This document shows, in pieces, positions 23,834 through 27,639 of a stretch of DNA of 27,639 bases (its first letter is position 1; every line of letters begins with the position of its first letter). Both the position numbers and the translations under genes were made by a program. The DNA is from a virus (Duplodnaviria > Caudoviricetes): positions 1-27,639 of IMG/VR virus record IMGVR_UViG_3300038974_000227; one strand, 5' to 3'. The notes below the pieces were generated by a model. That model was not told where the DNA came from. It saw only the letters and a list, made by a program, of their open reading frames with translations, and did no database searches.

Positions 23834-24685
23834 ATGAAGAAAATGAGCGTGTTATTGAAAATGTTGTTGAAGCCTTTTATGAACCAGCGTGGCGTCGTGG
23901 GTGAACAGGGCGATCCGCCCGATCCCAATGCGATTGAACTGGATGAAAACGGTTTTATTCCCGGCACCAATTATAAGTCCGTATCCGACCTGATTAAAGG
24001 CCATGCGGAATTAAAAGGCGCCTTTGATAAGCAGGGGAATGAACTCGGCCAGGTCAGAGGCCAGGCACAAACGCTGGCGGAATCACTGAAAGAGGCTCTC
24101 ACAAAGGGCGATGTGACCAAAGGTACGGTTGAGCCAGCCGATAAAGCGTCTGAGTACGAGGCCAAGATTGCGGACATTGAAACTCAAATCTCAAAACTTG
24201 ATCCCATGGATGAAAAAGTCATGGAGAAACAGGCCAAGTTATATCGGGAGATGAATAAATACACCGCACTGGCCCAGCACGAAAAAACACTCGGCGCAGC
24301 CAAGGGATTCCTAAAAGAAGAACTGGCCAGCCGTGATTCAGCCACCGCCCAGCAGAAATTCCTTGATGAAAACAAGGATTTCAACACTCCTGAAATGCAG
24401 ACGAGAATCAAAGATTTTCGGGCGCAGGACAGAACTGGTATGCACGACAACATGAGCGCTTATTTTGCCATAAAAGCGGCCGACGCTGCACAGATAGCGA
24501 CTGCCGCAACCACTGAACGCGACCAGATCAAGGAAATCCTCAAGCTGCAACACGGCAAGGATTCCACCGGGAAGGTGATCCCGAAAGGGCAATCTCCCGG
24601 AACTGTAACCAACCCTCAACGTGTAACAGGTGAAGAGGCTGACGCCGGCGCGAAAGCGGCTTTGGCGGCAGTTCGTGGCGGGTAA
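23834..24685 (+). CDS. capsid scaffolding protein
   Basis: acidic helical protein directly upstream of capsid; YKSVSDLIKGHAEL...QGNELGQVR motif. Confidence 0.8.
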   Translation: MKKMSVLLKMLLKPFMNQRGVVGEQGDPPDPNAIELDENGFIPGTNYKSVSDLIKGHAELKGAFDKQGNELGQVRGQAQTLAESLKEALTKGDVTKGTVEPADKASEYEAKIADIETQISKLDPMDEKVMEKQAKLYREMNKYTALAQHEKTLGAAKGFLKEELASRDSATAQQKFLDENKDFNTPEMQTRIKDFRAQDRTGMHDNMSAYFAIKAADAAQIATAATTERDQIKEILKLQHGKDSTGKVIPKGQSPGTVTNPQRVTGEEADAGAKAALAAVRGG

Positions 24686-24723
24686 GTCTTTTTGCCTTTC
24701 TCAAATAGAAAGGAGATTGAGCT

Positions 24724-25710
24724 ATGGCTCTCTTAGATGAACTGAATGCGGTAAGCACCTACTATTGGATGAAAACTCCGATGGGTGACTCTGTTGATAT
24801 CGTTAGCAAGGCATCGGCTTTGCTGTATAAATTAATGGGCAATGCCATTGCCCGTAACAACTGGGAAGTAAAAAATCATGAGACCGTTGACGGCGGCCTT
24901 ATGATCAAGGTTCCCCTGGAATACGCATCCTCGAATCACGGTGCGTATGGTCCTCAGACCGTCATTAACCAGTCGAAAAAGAAAATCTACGACGCGGCCC
25001 GTTTCGGATGGGGTGGCGCCTACGGTTCCAATTCGCTGGATCTGGACGATCTGACCAAGTGCACCGGTGACGAGGCGATGATTGATCTGGCCAAAGGCAA
25101 GATTGAGAGCATCAAAAAGGCGATCAGAATCGATCTTTCGTCTCAGATTATGGCTCGCCAGACGGATGGAATCAGTCTCGACGGTCTCGGAAATCTTTTT
25201 GACACCACGACTTCGACGGAATACGGTTCCATTGCCGAAGTCAATATGGCGGCATGGAAAGCAAATGTCATTACTACAGCGGACACCATCAGTTTCAGCG
25301 TCCTGCAAGGTATCTGGCGCACCCCGGCAATGGGCGATATCGATGAATATCTGCCCAATTTCTGCGTAACGACAGCCGTATTGCGCGACGGTTACGAGTT
25401 GTCCCTGCATCCCCAGCAAAGATACGCCAACGAGGAAATCGTTAAGGCTGGCTGGAACAACATCGTGCACAAGGGTGCTCCGATTGTTGCCGATACCTAC
25501 CAGACGTCAGGTTATTTCGACGCCCTGAACCTCCGTTTCCTGCATTTGAGAGCTCACAAGGATTACAATTTTACGAATCCTGTGTGGATGCACAAGGGAA
25601 TTATGGGCCAGCCGGACAACCTTTCTGCTGATACCCGTTTCCGCGGCAATCTCATTTGTACGAACCGGCAGATGCAGGTCAGACATACCAACCTGTCAGT
25701 ACCGACATAA
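24724..25710 (+). CDS. major capsid protein
   Basis: 328 aa after scaffold, AAAGGAG RBS; DGGLMIKVPLEY, LDGL, GWNNIVHKGAPIVAD, GNLICTNR. Confidence 0.85.
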   Translation: MALLDELNAVSTYYWMKTPMGDSVDIVSKASALLYKLMGNAIARNNWEVKNHETVDGGLMIKVPLEYASSNHGAYGPQTVINQSKKKIYDAARFGWGGAYGSNSLDLDDLTKCTGDEAMIDLAKGKIESIKKAIRIDLSSQIMARQTDGISLDGLGNLFDTTTSTEYGSIAEVNMAAWKANVITTADTISFSVLQGIWRTPAMGDIDEYLPNFCVTTAVLRDGYELSLHPQQRYANEEIVKAGWNNIVHKGAPIVADTYQTSGYFDALNLRFLHLRAHKDYNFTNPVWMHKGIMGQPDNLSADTRFRGNLICTNRQMQVRHTNLSVPT

Positions 25711-25803
25711 GACGTTAATTCAATAAAGGGGAGCGTCCTGCTCCCCCGTAAACCCTTTAACCGGGCAGACGTTGTTTGAGGTCTGCAATAAAGGAGAAAT
25801 ATC

Positions 25804-26733
25804 ATGAGTGAAAGAATTTTGTCAGTAGGTGGACCGAGGGCATCCCGCCCGATTTCGGATTTCCTGATGGTCAATGACTATGAAGGCCCCAAAGCCGGAA
25901 AGTATTATGTTGACCTGAATGTTGCGGCGACGGGCTCAGGTTCTCCCGACCATCCGTTTTCGACGGTTGCCGAGGCCATTACAGCCAGCAACGCCAGTAT
26001 CGGCCTGGCGGCGAACCGTTGGTGGGCGCGACGCAACAAGATTTTTGTCTGCGGCGACGGAATCAAGGAAGATTTAACCGTTCTTCCGGAGAAATGTGAC
26101 ATTATCGGCTGCGGTTCTGACCTTGTGCCGTATCCCCGTATTATCGGACATCACACGATTGCGGCGGCGAAAGTGGGTTGCCGGTTCATCAATATGGGAT
26201 TCACGGCGGACGGGACTGGCGATCTGTTTGTCATACCCGCCGGTTGTCACGGCTTGCAGTTTCTGGGTGGCCATATGCAGCCGTCCGCGGCCGGAAACAC
26301 CAAAGCCCTGGAAATTACTGATTCGGCCCTCGTAAGGATCGAAGGCGTGGAGATTTATCAGAACCCCGCCGCGTACGGAACAGGGATATTTGCCGTCGGT
26401 ATTGCCATTGAAGGCACGGCCTCGAATCACCAGACGGTAATCAAGGGCTGTTATATCAACGCAGCCGAGGGAATTGACGTTGTTTCAGGAGCCCCGGCAT
26501 ACGACAGCCGGATCGAAGATTGCACCATTCACGCCGTTGCTCTGACCATCGACGACAATTCGGACAAATTCCACATCGTTGGCAATAAACTCTTTACCGA
26601 TGCGGACATTGATTCCGATCCGGCAACCGGCATTGATTGCAAGGTAGAATATGCGGCCGGCAACTTCATTACCGGTACAGGTACGGCGGGAGAAACATAT
26701 ACATTCCCGTATGCGCTGATTGCGGCAACATAA
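25804..26733 (+). CDS. putative virion protein with beta-helix-like repeats
   Basis: YYVD...GSGSPDHPFSTVAEAI motif and repeated beta-strand pattern (VIKGCYIN, RIEDCTIH, IVGNKLF). Confidence 0.65.
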   Translation: MSERILSVGGPRASRPISDFLMVNDYEGPKAGKYYVDLNVAATGSGSPDHPFSTVAEAITASNASIGLAANRWWARRNKIFVCGDGIKEDLTVLPEKCDIIGCGSDLVPYPRIIGHHTIAAAKVGCRFINMGFTADGTGDLFVIPAGCHGLQFLGGHMQPSAAGNTKALEITDSALVRIEGVEIYQNPAAYGTGIFAVGIAIEGTASNHQTVIKGCYINAAEGIDVVSGAPAYDSRIEDCTIHAVALTIDDNSDKFHIVGNKLFTDADIDSDPATGIDCKVEYAAGNFITGTGTAGETYTFPYALIAAT

Positions 26734-26772
26734 CAATGAACTGTAAAAATAAAATTTAAAGGAGATACGACC

Positions 26773-27138
26773 ATGATAGTTTTAGGACCTTTTATTCATG
26801 CCGATGGCGGCACGAAATATATTCCGGCACCGTGCCGCGGGACAGTCGCCAAGGTGCAGGTTGTTTTTCAGACCAACACTGTTGAAGTCGGCGATACCGT
26901 TGTTGTCGCACAGGATTCAACGGCGGTTAATACCGTTACGGCGGCAACCACAGCGGGCCTCGTTGTCGAAACGGGCGTCCCTGATGCCACCAACAAGGGG
27001 AAGGTTTTTGACCCCGATTCCGATACGGCGACCGAGCAGGTGATGAAGATTACGGACACCGGTTCTCCCGGCGAGAAGTATATCACAATCTTTTTCGATG
27101 ATTCTGCTTACGTCGAACAGACACCGAGCGAAGCGTAA
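26773..27138 (+). CDS. putative capsid decoration/structural protein
   Basis: AAAGGAG RBS; Thr/Val-rich beta protein at the end of the capsid operon. Confidence 0.6.
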   Translation: MIVLGPFIHADGGTKYIPAPCRGTVAKVQVVFQTNTVEVGDTVVVAQDSTAVNTVTAATTAGLVVETGVPDATNKGKVFDPDSDTATEQVMKITDTGSPGEKYITIFFDDSAYVEQTPSEA

Positions 27139-27148
27139 ACTCAGCTAG

Positions 27149-27177
27149 AAGCCCTCTCCGAGAGGGAGAGGGCTTTT
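27149..27177 (+). terminator. intrinsic terminator
   Basis: AAGCCCTCTCC-GAGAG-GGAGAGGGCTT-TT after the capsid operon. Confidence 0.75.
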
Positions 27178-27202
27178 GTGGTGAGATCAATACGGGTGAA
27201 TT

Positions 27203-27639
27203 ATGAGCTTTTTCAAAATCGATAAATCAGGATGCAACGTGCGCAACGGATTACTGCAGGTGCGCTATGATCTGTTCTGGGATGAGACCGATCCGTTCTA
27301 TGCGCTGGTAGAGGTGCCGGTTTTCCCGCCGGACGACTACGCGGGAGAAGATTCTCCGGAGGCTTACGAAGCATGGATCAAGACGTTGCCGACGCAAAAA
27401 ATCAACCCGCCGTTTTGTTCTCACTTCGTTTTTTTCGAGCCGAACGTGACGGATGAGGAAATCCTGTTCGTCGGTGAACTCGCTCTGGATATGGCGGAGA
27501 AGAATTACCGCGCTGGAGACGTTACAAAAAATCAAAACATGAAATTCGAGTGGGAACCGGCGTGGGCGGCGGAATCAGCGCGGAGGCTCGAAGCCGTTAA
27601 GGCTCTGGATGTCGCCACCGTGAACAACGCGAATTTGTA
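27203..27639 (+). CDS. hypothetical protein, runs off window end
   Basis: ATG 27203 after GGGTG; MSFFKIDKSGCNVRNGLLQVRYDLF... open to the end. Confidence 0.7.
   Translation, partial: MSFFKIDKSGCNVRNGLLQVRYDLFWDETDPFYALVEVPVFPPDDYAGEDSPEAYEAWIKTLPTQKINPPFCSHFVFFEPNVTDEEILFVGELALDMAEKNYRAGDVTKNQNMKFEWEPAWAAESARRLEAVKALDVATVNNANL

Noticed and set aside
1-27639. Diversity-generating retroelement, retron or integron integrase
   Set aside because: No reverse transcriptase or tyrosine recombinase motifs seen in any listed ORF.

Overview
A tailed dsDNA (pro)phage segment organised around divergent sigma70 promoters at ~10.22-10.30 kb. The left arm (minus strand) is an early/recombination operon: NinB-like gene, HNH-AP2 endonuclease, SbcC/SbcD-like pair, a candidate recombination protein, a ParB-like gene and many short ORFs. 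The right arm (plus strand) encodes a Cro/XRE HTH, two DNA methyltransferases, DUF1064, a replication initiator and partner, a truncated SSB, terminase, portal, scaffold, major capsid and capsid-associated proteins. No integrase, full-length CI repressor or integron integrase lies in the window. Most notable: (1) a compact integron-like attC cassette array at ~6.54-7.80 kb in the early operon, whose ORFs all run opposite to canonical attC polarity and stop inside the GTTA core sites; (2) a 148-nt tRNA-shaped RNA whose anticodon region is replaced by an expanded domain with a Shine-Dalgarno/anti-SD pair; (3) a C5 methyltransferase split over two overlapping frames; (4) structured leaders before portal and scaffold, the latter with a triplicated AYAA-bulge motif. 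All calls are from motif reading by eye; no searches or folding programs were run.
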